DNA of 64,000 nt from Hydrolagus affinis (GCA_012026655.1 JAAILG010000268.1:1-64000); one strand, 5' to 3'; positions 1 to 13,070 are shown, counted from the first letter of the stretch. The notes: generated by a model not told the origin, from the letters alone. A program made the numbers and translations.

Positions 1-137
1 ACCTCCCCTTCGTGTTTCACCCCCGCCCAAACATTCCCCTCCCAGCTCGGGTCACACTCCCCCTGTGCAGCGCCTTGGGACGTCCTCCCGACGTGAAAGG
101 CGCTCTATAAATGTAATTTGTTGTTGTTGTTGTTGTT
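1..137 (+). mobile_element. 3' end of an L2 LINE (3' UTR, terminal stem-loop and (GTT)n tail); CpG-rich, so probably a young copy
   Basis: agcgccttgggacgtcctcccgacgtgaaaggcgctctataaatgtaatttg(ttg)n. The same tail ends the RT-bearing L2 copies at 14935 and 39505 and the nested copy ending at 38907. Confidence 0.85.
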
Positions 138-549
138 TGACCAACAATAAATTGGAGCAGGGGTTCCTCAAGTAGATTGCTTGCTGGGACAACTGGCCAC
201 AGATTAAGATTGTGCTCTTACATTCCACCGCACCTATCAGGGTCTATCTAACATTTCCCTGCGCCGATCTGAAATTGCTCCTGATGATTCCAGGCTGGAA
301 ACGCTCATTTCAAATCATTTTCATAACATCGGCTGGTGGTTTGATACTGAAAGTTTGTAATATTGTTTGTGTTGGTGCCTTGCCACGTAACAATAATATT
401 AATAAAAATAATAATGATTCTTGTAGCAGACCTAGTGCCGTTCAAAGTCAGGAGGATGTGTCAAATCACTTCATTCATTTATTGTACCCATGTAGTGACT
501 GTGTACCCTTGTGCTCGAAGGGCAATTTTTTTTACCCATTTTACATACG

Positions 550-648
550 CGAGAGCGAGAGAGAGAAAACGAGAGAGAGAGAGCGAGAGAGAGAAAACGA
601 GAGAGGGAGAGCGAGAGAGAGAGAGCGAGAGAGGGAGCGAGAGAGAGA
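550..648. repeat. Interrupted (GA)n microsatellite
   Basis: GAGA runs with GAGC and GAAAAC interruptions. It is the source of the RE-repeat ORFs at 212-756. Confidence 0.95.
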
Positions 649-2430
649 TGTGTTGGATTAGGTGACAGGGCGTGCAGTGTTGCCAATTACAATGTATTTT
701 TTTTCGCTTTCACTGTACAGCACCAGGAGATTCATTACCAGTCACATATTCTATAAAGATGCGCGTATAGCAATAACTAGCAACAGAGCTGAGAACAATC
801 AACATTTATTTTTCCACAAGGTTTCATAGCATGTTGACAATGAACTGTTTTACATTTTACCCGTACTAGATTTATTTTTATTTATTAACAAAAAATGTCA
901 AGCTCTTTGTCCCAGTAAATGGTTCCTTGCTGTGCAAGGAAAGCACAGTTCTGTTGCTGCTCATTTTTTTTTATTTTAACTGTTTCGTGTGCTCGGTATC
1001 ATGGCCTTTTAATTGCAAATTAATAGCTATTATTAATACATTAAATGGTGTTAGGAGAACATTTGGAGCACTCTCAGCTTCCACCCGGGTTGACAGTTAA
1101 ATGCCGCAGCAATTTCAGCAATTCATTTATTTAATAGTGACCTATGCAAATGTGGATGCATGTCATTTGAAAAACTGACTGCCATAATTAACTAAAAACT
1201 GCAGAATTGAATGATATGAGGTACAATTAGAAAAAAAAAGGAAGCCTGCTGATGCCGGCTAATCTTAATTTGGAATAATAAAAAGGAGTTCACTTTATTA
1301 CAGCCTGGGTTACATTTCTAATTTGTGGAATATAAAATCGAACCGGCTGCTGTATTTCATTTAATAAACATTTACATTATTGTGCAAGGCGACTGAGGCT
1401 ATTATATTTTCCTATTTGTTCTTCGTGCCATTCTGTGCGTGTGTGGCTCGGCAATGTCCCCAGTAATTATAGATTTCCTTCACTCCTTTCAATAATTATG
1501 CTGCTCTGTTGAGTGTTTCCTCACATTAATATCCTACTCCTACATTGTCCACATTGTCTACAAAAAAAACGCTCATGAACAGGTTCAAATAAAACTCGTG
1601 CTGACAGCATTTGATGGAGGGTTTCTGAATCTGTTTTTTAAAAAATCTTAATTTTGCATTATTTTGGTCCAGATGCTTAAATATATTTTAACAATTATGG
1701 AGATTATTCCACACACACTGCTATTACCAGGCACTGTTTAAAATACCGAAACTGTCAGATGACATAATCCCTTCTCACCGGAGGATTTAATTTATTCTCC
1801 TTTTATATATAATATATGCATTGTAGGATTCTAATATACAGTGACAACCTAATCATATGTTTGCTACTTTATCTGTTTTTAATATACAAGGGAAGATAGC
1901 CGTGATTTAGCTTTAAACTTTTATACACTATATTGCAGAACATTTTTCTTGCTGATTGATTGCTTTTATTAACATTGATTTTATTTGCGCTATTAATTTC
2001 CCTTTTTAGCATATGTATAAATGGGCACCTTTGGTGTAGCTGCGCTTGCTACATTGTGAGTCGTCAGCACACCTGCCCAAATAAGATGCTTAACAGCACT
2101 GAAGAAAGAAAATGACATTTTATTTTACCCTTAGCATGAAGCCAGGGGCAAAGTTTGATCTGAAAACTTGCAAATTAACCAAAACTGTCACTCAGGAGTT
2201 ATGGGCTTCAATGCTGCAAAATACATTCTTTGAAGTCCTCATTTCAGCAAAATTATTAAAAACTTTATATCTAATTAGAATTATTACTGCATTCACATTT
2301 TTCAAAACCTCTATATCCTCAGGGCCAATTGGGATGAGTGAATACACACCCTCCTCTCTTCAGCACTCTGAACTGTTCCTACAGCAATATCAGATCATTA
2401 CCATCTCCCCAGCTGAGAAGGAGCAGCCAT

Positions 2431-2586
2431 NNNNNNNNNNNNNNNNNNNNNNNNNNNNNNNNNNNNNNNNNNNNNNNNNNNNNNNNNNNNNNNNNNNNNN
2501 NNNNNNNNNNNNNNNNNNNNNNNNNNNNNNNNNNNNNNNNNNNNNNNNNNNNNNNNNNNNNNNNNNNNNNNNNNNNNNNNNNNNNN
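2431..2586. other. Assembly gap
   Basis: Run of N. Confidence 1.
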
Positions 2587-3197
2587 TAGCCTGCCCTGTA
2601 GTCCCCCCCAAGCTCGTCTGAAAGTCCATGATGTTCTCTCAAAAAGGCCTCTTTATTTTTAAAAAGGAGGAGACAGGAAAGAGGATAAATTTCATTAATG
2701 GATAAGAATTAACATCCCACTGCCAAGAGCTGACCCCAGCTCCTGACATGTATGTCTAAGTCATTCTTGTCACTTTTTTCCCCTCTCCATTAGCATTCTG
2801 AAAGAGATGGTAAAATAAATTTACAGAGACAGTGAAATGAATTTAACTTGAAAGACATTAAGGTATTTCCCTTTAAAAGCTACAGTTGATTTTTTGAGTT
2901 TTTTAAAAAAAATACTTAAATTTACTTTCTAAAATGATGTGGGGAGGGAGGAATAATTTGGATGTTAAATAAAATTATTCTTGATGTATGGCTGTGTCAG
3001 TTTTGACCATGTGTCTATATTTTATGACTTCTGTATTTGTTGTTGTTCTAGCTGTTTGTTCTGGTGCAAATAATGAAGTCTGATGGGATCATTGCATCGA
3101 GATGGGTAAATGGATAAAGTTAATGTATTAATTGACAGGTCAGGAAGATGCCTTGCGTTTATTGGACAATGTTTCTCTCTCTGTTTTAATTCACGGA

Positions 3198-3786
3198 TCA
3201 AGAATGACAACCAATGATGATAAACTCATCAACATCCAGGAATTGCATGCAATACACAAGTATCCCCTTCCCCCCACAAACACACACACTTGCTGGAAAA
3301 CCTCTGCCTTGAATACAATGCTGAAGCTATGTGCATGGGTGTCACCAGCTATCTAGTTTCTCACCCACCCAAGTAACCATCCTTCATGTGTGTGCCCGGA
3401 CAGCAGCAATGATAGAGTCAGGAGACTCTTTAACCCTAGGGGGTTTTGCAGGTGAACTCTCACCTGACCTCACTTGGCATACACGCACAGTTTCCTGTAG
3501 GAGGCAGATAACACTGATCAGTGGTGGGAAATCTTGGCTGACTTTCTCCTGACCTCAGTCCACGGCCACCGAGCCCCCACTTTCTTCCCATTACCTCTCT
3601 CCCTCTGACTAGTTGAGACTAACCAGCTCGGAAGAAATATTTTTTTCCTAGGCGGTGCAGCACAGTACCACAATGCATGATGGAGTGGTTACATAAATAA
3701 ATATCATTGGTCTTTTGTTAAGTGCTTCTAAATGTATCAGAAATCTTTTTGGGACAAAATAATAATAATTCTTACATTTGAGATAG
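3198..3786 (+). repeat. Left arm of a ~590-bp inverted duplication
   Basis: Matches the reverse complement of 5831-6423 along its length. ORFs 3331-3552(+) and 5964-6287(-) give near-identical peptides (MHGCH..SSFSPTQVTILHVCARTAAMIESGD..). Confidence 0.95.
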
Positions 3787-4361
3787 CACCTTTCATGTCA
3801 GGAGCATGTTTCAAAGCTCTTCACGTGATTCACCATGAAATATTTTTTGTAGTCAAATGCTAAAGACAAAATGCTATTGAAAACAAAGTATCTATTCTCA
3901 GTTGTTTTTGCTCATTGCTGTTGTTTGCCTCATTAATTTAATCTGGTGGTTTTGTTCCCAATAACATTCACTTCACTTTATGGCTTTGCAGATGTCACTG
4001 TGAGCATTGGCTGCCATGTTTGCCCACATAGAAAAACAATCACAGTCACAGTATATCCTGTGAAGCGCTTTAAGACATCCACCCGATGTGAAAGATGTAT
4101 TATTATGTATTATTATAAATATGTATAATAAATGTATTATTATAAATAATAAGGATAAAATGCTCTGCACAATCTTCATATGACATGAAAGTTTTACTGT
4201 GGATCTGGACAGATTTTTTCATGGATAAGCAACCAGTTGAAGCCCTGCTGAAAGTGAACACAATGGAGCTAGATTTAAAGGAGATGTGCGTTTGTGCTTT
4301 TATTTGAATCATTTCGATACAGTATATGCCATTGTTACAAAGTGAATCGTCCCTCCAGCCT

Positions 4362-4379
4362 AACCACTAGATGGCAACA
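4362..4379 (+). promoter_or_regulatory. Candidate CTCF binding site
   Basis: CCACTAGATGGCA at 4364-4376 matches the CTCF core consensus CCACYAGRKGGCR. Motif match only. Confidence 0.5.
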
Positions 4380-5830
4380 TTTAAATGACAAAGCACCAGC
4401 ACATGACAGCAACCTAAAAATTAGCACTGTGCCCATAATATGGTTTTTGATTATAATCCACTTGATTTTTTTTCCAAAAACAGTTTCATACGTATAAACA
4501 ATTTGCATACACATTTAAAAAAACACGAAATTGTTGGAATCTAGAGTCCTAACAGGGGTGCGCTACTTTTTTTTGTATTTAAATTATGTATCTAAGTATA
4601 AAAGAGCTGTATATATTTTCAATATCCCCTACAGGCAGAATATTAAAAAAAAATCACCTCAGCCAAGATAAAATCACACAGAAGGCTAACAATATATTTT
4701 TAAACTCTTCTGTTTAAAGCAACTGGATTTGATTATTGCAAACGCCTGAGAATAAAGAAAGGATTTTCAAGAAAGGAAGGTGGGGGGTGGGTGGGGATGA
4801 AAAAGCAAGAGGGAAAATGCACAGCTCACTTGCTGTCTGTCTGTTTCTTTCTCGTTACTCAATCCGGTACAGAATTTTATACACCAAACCAACTACAGAT
4901 ATTATATGTTTAGCTGAAGTTACTGCACAACATGTACATTTAGTTTGACGCACATTCTCATATGGATTTTAAAAATTCATTTCTGGAGAAAAATAATTGC
5001 GGTTATATAAAATTCATTCCCCCAAGTAAAGCTTTGATACATCTCCAACATTTACAGTAGTAATACGCAGGGTATTAGAGTATAACTTTATAACTTTGCA
5101 TATGATAATATTTTAATGGGCACATGTCACTGGAATAAAAATTAAAATCATAAAGAAGGGTATTAAGCTTTATGTGTGCTTCAGATTGATATTTTTTCTT
5201 TGAAATCAAATCTGTGAGCATTAAGCACAGTAATCAATTTGTAGTGCTTATTAGAATCAACTCTATGACTTCTCAAGAGCTCTTCTGAATCAACAAAGCA
5301 CGGATAACTGCAGAAATGAATTGTTTCTAGGTTAGAAATTATATTTATGAGGAGCAAATGGAGCTATTCCATAGTCGAGCTCATGTGAAACAGACTCTAA
5401 GTCATAAATGTAAGACTCGCCTTTGAGGACAAATTCCTTATGAACTTAATGGAAGTGAAGAGAGCTTTATCAGTTCTTATCAGCAAGGCAAGAATTCAGA
5501 ATTAAAGCAGCACCAACAACAGCAACGTTTTACATTTATATAGTGCCCTTCACCCATGATAGCAACTCGGAGCAGATTTCGTGCTTAGGGTTAGCGTCCT
5601 GAAACAGCAATGCCATTCAGAGAATACCGATTTTCACTTACATTGGAAAGCACCTACCTCTGCACCTCTTTTTTATGACATGGTTTAGTCATGAAATAAA
5701 GACCAGGTAAATATAATAATATAATATAATTTGAGATAATGGTTTTCACACCAGGAGGACACCTCACAGCTTTATACAGTATAAGGGATGTATAGTCATT
5801 TATAATGACAAATGTGACAGTCAATTTTGA

Positions 5831-6423
5831 CTTTCTCAAATGTAAGAATTATTATTATTTTGTCCAGCAAAGATTTCTGTTATATATAGAAGCATATAAC
5901 AAAAAACCAATGATATTTAATTATGTGATTACTCCATCGTGCATTGCAGGGCTGCTGTACGGTCTAGGAGGAAAGCAAACTTTTGTTCTGTGCTGGTTGG
6001 TCGCAACTAGTCAGAGGGAGAGAGGTAATGGGAAGAAAGTGGGGATTAGTGGCCGCAGACTGTGGACAGGAGAAAGTCAGCCAAGATTTCCCACCACTGA
6101 TCAGTGTTGTCTGTCTCCTACAAGAAACTGTTTGTGTATGCCAAGTGAGGTCAGGTGAGAGTTCATCTGCAAAGCCCCCTAGGGTTAAACAGTCTCCTGA
6201 CTCTATCATTGCTGCTGTCCGGGCACACACATGAAGGATGGTTACTTGGGTGGGTGAGAAACTAGATGGCCGGTGACACCCATGCACATAGTTTCAGTAT
6301 TGTATTCAAGACAGAGTTTTTCTAGCAAGTGTGTGTGTTTGTGAGGAGGGGATATTTGTGTATTGCATGCTGTATTGTATTGCAGGATGTTGTGTTGAGT
6401 TTATCATTGGTTGTCATTCTTGA
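5831..6423 (-). repeat. Right arm of the inverted duplication
   Basis: Reverse complement of 3198-3786 with scattered substitutions and small indels. Confidence 0.95.
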
Positions 6424-8239
6424 CTAGAAATTCTTCCTAAATTGTTTATCAGATCTACTACTATCTAGTTTATACTTATATCCTCTAGTTTTGGATTTAC
6501 CAACAAGCAGAAATTGTCTGTCTTTTCAGCAGTTTGTGTGTGAATGGTAGTCAAATTCCTTGGATAAGTCAAAGATATGAAAACTGGAATAGACAACCTG
6601 ACTTCAGTTTCCCTCAACGCAAAAATGTTACCGTAACATTGCATCATTCATCACAAACTAACCTGCAATTTCTATAAAGCTGTAATATCACAATGTCTCA
6701 CAGTGCTTCACAATAATAATAATACTGTAATTATAAAAACTCTTGGATTCGATAATCACAAAATTTACTATGCAACAAATAATGTATAAAGTGTATTACA
6801 GTATTACTGTGTGTTATGTAGACAAACAATAACTACTGTTACAAAATATACGGTCAATCCATTTAACAGTATATTCTGTGAAGCATTATCATTATTACTA
6901 TTATGTTCTACACACAAAAATGGCTGGATGAAATTTGGCAGGACAGTCTGCTAGCATAGTCTGCATTATGCCTCCTTTCCACAGATGCCACAATCAAACA
7001 CTGTAAAATCACACCTGGAATTTCAGCTCAACTGTTTGGAAACCCAACTCCTCCAATGCTGCAACTGGGTTGGTAATTAAACTGTATTTTCAAGTTAATG
7101 CTGCAAAAATATAAAACAGTGAATTCCGTTAACACTTGCTTTAGTAAGCATTCATTTTATAAGTAAAAGTATTGTTGCATAAAAACAAAACAAGATTGCT
7201 TTTGATCTTCAAAATCCCAAAGCAATATTTTACAGAAATTTGTAAAGCCTTATCGGAGCATGTGTGTCTACAAATGACAGAGCGAGAGAGTGAGAGTGTG
7301 ATCAGGAATTTCTGTAAATGCCTCAGGGCAAAATTCCTCTTACTGCTAAATGCAACGAAGCTGACAACATACGCCGTTCTGTGAAATTCTCATCATAAGT
7401 GCACACCGTTAAAGTCGTAACACAGAGCAGCCGGGAGAACTGCCCCTGAAGCTTACTTAATACTGAGAGCCTCTTGGGCTGTGGTTCAGGATGTCTGCTG
7501 TGACGAGAATTAGAGAGCGCACCCTCACTTATGGGAGAACAAACCATAAATGGCTTTCTCATCAAGCTGTGGGAGGGGAGTGGGCTTGGGCTGAAATGCC
7601 TTTCTCAAGTTTGCTTTTTAAAAAAAAAATCTAAATAACACTATAAAAGGTGACACAAACTCATTCAAATTCCTGGTCTAAATTCCGAATAGGTCTATTT
7701 CCTGACTGGGATTAGACTGCCAGAACTCACTTTCAACTGAGACACACATCAGTGGCAGTAAACAGTAACCTTCGCTCTGGGGTAGCTTCATATCTAGATC
7801 TCTAGAGTTCAAGGTGTAGAAAACTTGCACACTCTCAAACACTTCGCTTCACATCATGTTTCTTTTGCCGTACGCTCAATGAAAGTAGCAATACATCATG
7901 ATAAACTGCGGAGACATAAGCTGTTTTGCAGTTAGTAACAAGTTGCAATACAATTCAAGTTCTCCTACACATGATTATAGATATGAATTGCTAACCATTC
8001 ACATTCATAGTGATTGTTATCACAGGAAGTTGACAAGTTGACTTTTCAATAGATTTATTGTATATCACTTCAGCTCATCAATAATATTACATACCTCTCA
8101 AGCCAATACATATGTTAAGTTTTCCACTCTTGTAAGACCTAAAGTTTGTTACGTTTTTGAAGAGTGGAGCAGCGCAGCAATTTGCCCAACTCCACAACTT
8201 CGACTGTTTTGGAGCAGAATAACATCAAATACTATTAAT

Positions 8240-8400
8240 CAGATAACACGGATGCATTTGAAAGGATGGTTGATGCACACATGAGGGAGAAGGGAATAGA
8301 AGGTTATGGGAGGGAGTGAAGAGTGGGAGTATAAACTCCAGTGTAGACTAGTTGAGCCAAATAGCCTGTTTCCATGGTGTATAGTCTGTAAATCTATGTA
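8240..8400 (+). mobile_element. CR1 LINE 3' end fragment
   Basis: gcatttgaaaggatggttgatgcacacatgagggagaagggaatagaaggttatg...gagccaaatagcctgtttcc, a typical CR1 3' terminus. Similar pieces lie at 34540-34670, 52060-52240 and 60040-60200. Confidence 0.65.
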
Positions 8401-8854
8401 AACTGTAACTCCAATTATTTTTTTAACACAAAATGCAAGATAGAGGGAGAAAATGTTTCCATAGGGCTATGAAATGATCTGCGTGTCACTTTGGCAATAA
8501 CAACATGGTTCCTATTGTTTTTGATAAACGTTGCAAGCCTTGCCAACCACAACTCCCTCTGTGATGTTAAGTGTTTGGTGCTATTGTGTGCCTCCATGGC
8601 TAACTGTTAAAAATGTGTAATCGGTGAGTGTCAGGCAACGATCCAAACTTGTGGAAGATGCAAATCTTGAGTAGAAAAAAAACGCGGGAGCAAGCCACTT
8701 AAAGCTATTTGCTGTTGGAAATTTCAGCAATATAACAACCCAAAGCAGACTCTAACTCTGCAAATGATGACGGTCTGGTAGCTAAGTAACACTTGATCAG
8801 TTTATGTTGTGAAACTGGATCTCTGCTGAAGTCACTTTTTGGCAGTTTATGATA

Positions 8855-9400
8855 CAATAATACAAAGAATCCTTGCATTTGATAAAGCACTCTATCACAC
8901 TATCAAGAAGTCTCAAACTCTTCACAGGAATGACTATAAAATGAAGTGACTATGTATTTGTGGGACTACTGCTGTGCACAACTGGCTGCCATGTTTCGCC
9001 CACAAAATATACAGTCAATTCACTTTATTCAATATTCTGTATATTTGGGACATCTCAAAGACATGATAAGGCGCTATATTAAATGCAAGGATTTTTATTA
9101 TTATTTTGTAGGTGAATTTGGTAGCTAATTTGCACACTGCAATGCCCCCCCAAAAATATTATCTGTGGGGGATTATTGGCTAGGACACCGGGAGAAACTC
9201 CCTTTTTGAATTGCGCCACAGGATGGTTAACATACATGCGAACAGGCAGATGGTACCCGAGTTAATGCCTCACCGAGAAATACAACACCTCCAGCAACGC
9301 ATCGCTCCCCAGCACCATGCTGGAGTGTCAGTCTAGACAGTGATCTCCAAGTCTTTTGATTGCTCTTAATGATGTCAGGTACTCTCACAGGAACACACTG
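8855..9400 (-). mobile_element. Deu-domain SINE (minus strand) interrupted by a plus-strand SINE 3' fragment (about 8961-9105)
   Basis: Minus-strand tail at 8855-8960 and Deu-like body at 9110-9400 (ggacaccgggagaaactccc...ggagtgtcagtctagac), separated by a plus-strand SINE body and tail. Confidence 0.7.
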
Positions 9401-10154
9401 AGCAACATTTGCTGGTTACGCTTGCAGACTGGGTGTAGGGTGAATGTCTTGCGGAGAACAGATCTGGTTTATGTTCTAACCTTGTCAAGCAACGAAACGG
9501 TGAAAGTTTCAATGTTTCATTCAATAAATATGCTAATCAGGTCGAAGGAAAAAAAACCACAATGGATTAAGCATCAGTTGCTGTTGACTTCCTGGGGTGT
9601 TGTTCGGGACATAGTCTCTGTATGGGAAAAGAAGAATGTTCAATATCAATTGAAATTATGAAATATTGACTGAGATCCTTTTCTTTAGCAGCACCGATAG
9701 GTTTCATGCTCAAATGCATCAAGTTTTAAATATCATTTCCAACCACATATAAAGCTCAGAATTTTTTAAACGAACAAAAAACTCTTTCCCTGAAATCTAT
9801 TTGTTATCATCTTAAATCTGCAGGTGCGTTTGTGATCTGGGATCTTTCCATCCTTCAGCAGATGCATAAATTAAAAGTGCTTCAGCAATTTAGTCTCTCT
9901 AAGCATATATAACCTGCAAACACTGCAGCTGATGTCAAAACCTGCTGATATCTAACAGACTCAGCTCCGAGTCTGTATGTGTATTCGTACACTCTACCTT
10001 TCCATCAGGCATTACATGTGGAAATAGAAAAGTAGCTCCCTAATTAATCAAAGTCAGATCTGCCTGAATGCCTAGAGTTGCTGCTGTTCCTTCTCCCAGC
10101 TTTTCTCATATTCTCTCTCTGTTTTACCTTGAAAACTTCTGCTCAGAACTGAGA

Positions 10155-10286
10155 NNNNNNNNNNNNNNNNNNNNNNNNNNNNNNNNNNNNNNNNNNNNNN
10201 NNNNNNNNNNNNNNNNNNNNNNNNNNNNNNNNNNNNNNNNNNNNNNNNNNNNNNNNNNNNNNNNNNNNNNNNNNNNNNNNNNNNNN
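10155..10286. other. Assembly gap
   Basis: Run of N. Confidence 1.
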
Positions 10287-12699
10287 ACGTTTCGCTTAGA
10301 AATATTCAAAGAAAGCTATTTTTATTAAAACTCTCCAGAGAATATTTTCCTTTGATATAAGTTTATTTCTCTGACGGTGACAACTTTCACCTCAATCAAA
10401 TTAGTGAAATTCTTTCCGCAGGTGCATTAGTGTTTTATACCAACTCTCGTCAAGGATAGCGCCAAATTGATTCTTGAACAAAATTCTGTAGGCCAATTAA
10501 ATGATACTTCATGTCATTTGTTAAATTTAAAAAACCGCTAGATTTAGAGACAATCACTTGAACTTTTATAGCACACGACCATTTAACTAGAGTTGATGTG
10601 CTGGGCAAGAAAGGGATAGCAGATTACTATAAATGCTTATGTTAAAACATATCCTGTATTTGATTTGGAATGTGGTCAGCTTTTGATAAAAAAAATTAAA
10701 TGCACACAGTAAATCATAGTCAAAAATGAGACACTAAATCATTCTAAGGTTCATGAAAAAGAACTAAATGCAGCTGTTTATTTCTAGTGCTGCATTGCAC
10801 TCGGTTAAAGCAACAGTATTTGATTTTTCTGTTGTGTCATAGCTGAAGAGTAAAGCCAATGATATCTTTTTAAATGTTGCGATCCTCCGAATTTATGTAT
10901 TTACTGTCTGTGCAAGGGTGAATTGGTGACTTATTATTATCACAGAACTGTAAATAATTGACTTATAATATTTGATCCAGATAAAGTTGACCGAAAATCC
11001 TTTCTTTTTACAGTTTTAGGTTATTAAACTCTATATAAATCAACAAGAGGAACACTGTCACTTCAGTTTTGAGCATTTCAAATCAACCTGGTTTTATGGA
11101 CTTTTCTTGTAATAATCAGGAGCCTTTTTCCTTTCAGTTTCTGAATGTTAGCAGGTAGCTAAACCTCTTTGAGTCATCTCATTGTAACATCTCTGGTCTG
11201 ACAGCTACACAGAGAGCCATCATCCACCCAGTGTACATAATGTCAAAGCCTGATGATATCTAATAGACCCAGCTGGGACAGCCCATTCGTAGCCTTAGAT
11301 TTTTTTTTCCCCCCACAAAGGCTGAAAAGAGACGCACGCCACAGCACAGGAGACAGATCAAAGTTGCTGAATTGTTCTAGTCTCAACTTATTTCGCAATC
11401 TGTTTCTGAAGAATTCTGGGGCATCAAAAAAAAGCTATTAACTCTTCGCTTGTCTGAGGCAGGCTAATCTGCTGAACATTGTGATCAATTTGAAGAGAAA
11501 ATTCAGAGTTTGGACTGAAAAAATAAGGCTGTATCTTTTGTTATAAGACCTGCACAATAAAAAAAATTCTAAGCAGCTCAGACAATAGAGCCCATGACAC
11601 AAGAATCGTGGTCGGGTTTGCTCAGCCATTCACTCTTTTGCGTTTGATAAAATGAGTATTGTGTCTTTAAAACGTCAAAACTTTAATGGAATTGAAAATT
11701 TTAATAAATGAGAAAAGAAGCTCTTGGTTTCACAGTGCATGCCTGGTAGACATTTTGAACAATATGTTTTTCAAACAATGAAACAAGGTGTATACCACTC
11801 ATTCCTCAACCAGGTTCTGAACTCTATTGCAAGATGTCCTGTGTACATCATCAGATTCATTGCTTGGTTGGTCTGAATACTGAATACTGAATACTGTAAT
11901 TAGAAAATACATTTGTAAAAGCTACTAAGTGTATAAAATACACAATCATTACACTTTACATTGTATCTTGTGAAGGGTTTTGAGATGTCCTCCTGATGTG
12001 AAAGCGGCTGTATCTAATGTAAGGATTATTCATATTACAATTAATAGCATTATCATCAATATTATTAATAATAATAAAATATAGATCATGGAGCAAAATT
12101 CAATGGCCTACAACATGAATTGTCCAGACTCCCTCCAATTACATTGCGCCTCTGTTAAAACTGAACTATAAAATATACATTCTTGCAGAACTTAGCTTAA
12201 AAATTATCCTCCAAAATGATTTGGCTCAGGGGACATTTTTGCACAGTCGTCAAAATATATAAAGTTGGCTCTAATATGTGCATGGGAGTTCTGCTTCTGT
12301 TGACTAAATTAACGATGACGTGCATCGAGATTTTGGATGTGTTTTGATGCACAGAGGAGAAGGCATCAACTTCAAAAAGAAGGTGGTGGATCCTGCACAC
12401 GGAATTGCACTCTTTGAAGTTCCAGGGAGGTTTCAACATGGTCAACGTTTTGTGCGAAAGTTACTTCGATTTCATTGCAGCAAGATTTTTCACTGATCAT
12501 CTTGGCTCTAATTTGTGCTCCAGTGTCAACTTTTCATCACATCTTAATCCCTTTGAATAAGCTCTTTAGTGCAATGATTTCAAATGTGAGGAGTTAAAAT
12601 TGATGGAGTGGAGTTTTTAATGCGAATAAGTTGCCATTGTTGATAGGAGTCAACAGGACATTGTATTTTTATTTTAATAATTGGATTTTTTAGGCGGGG

Positions 12700-13070
12700 A
12701 TTGCAATCAAGAATAGCAGTGGAATATTTTTGCACTTTCTTCATCTGTGTCAGCGTCATACATTCCCACTCAGAGTAAAACTCATTGTCAGTGTATGTTA
12801 ACCCTAACCTCAGAAGAGCACACCCTTTTTCCACGTAAGTCACCCTCGTAGGCTCTGAGTGAGATTGTCAAATTAGTGTCAATTATTTCCCGCGTTACAG
12901 CCACCATTGTACTCATGCCAATTAGGACTGGGTTGAAACTGCCCAAAGTCATCTCACTTAGGACCTTTATAGCTGTCAGAGTGTGGAAACTCTCATCCCA
13001 TCACTCCAGGCTGGAATCAAAACCAGAAAGTGAAGGGGAGACAGTGTTAACCACTGAACATTCCTCAGCA
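12700..13070 (-). mobile_element. Old SINE-like element of a third family (possibly LF-SINE-related)
   Basis: Shares ctcagaagagcac and a tgacrctgacac block with 62880-63045(+), and has weaker similarity to 60200-60350(-). A degenerate tRNA-like head lies at 13005-13060. Confidence 0.45.

Noticed and set aside
212-756. ORFs with RE/ER repeats
   Set aside because: They are translations of the (GA)n microsatellite.
2112-2642. Long ORFs across N runs (also at 10068-10328 and 23319-23753)
   Set aside because: Their length is inflated by assembly gaps.
3331-3552. Duplicated ORF pair (with 5964-6287) as paralogous genes
   Set aside because: The similarity is simply the inverted duplication. The stops differ and there is no recognisable domain.
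3198-6423. Long-TIR DNA transposon
   Set aside because: No TSD, no transposase remnant in the spacer, and the arms include part of a SINE tail.
12088-12525. Possible old TIR element (tggagcaaaatt / aatttgtgctcca)
   Set aside because: The terminal match is short and imperfect, with no TSD.
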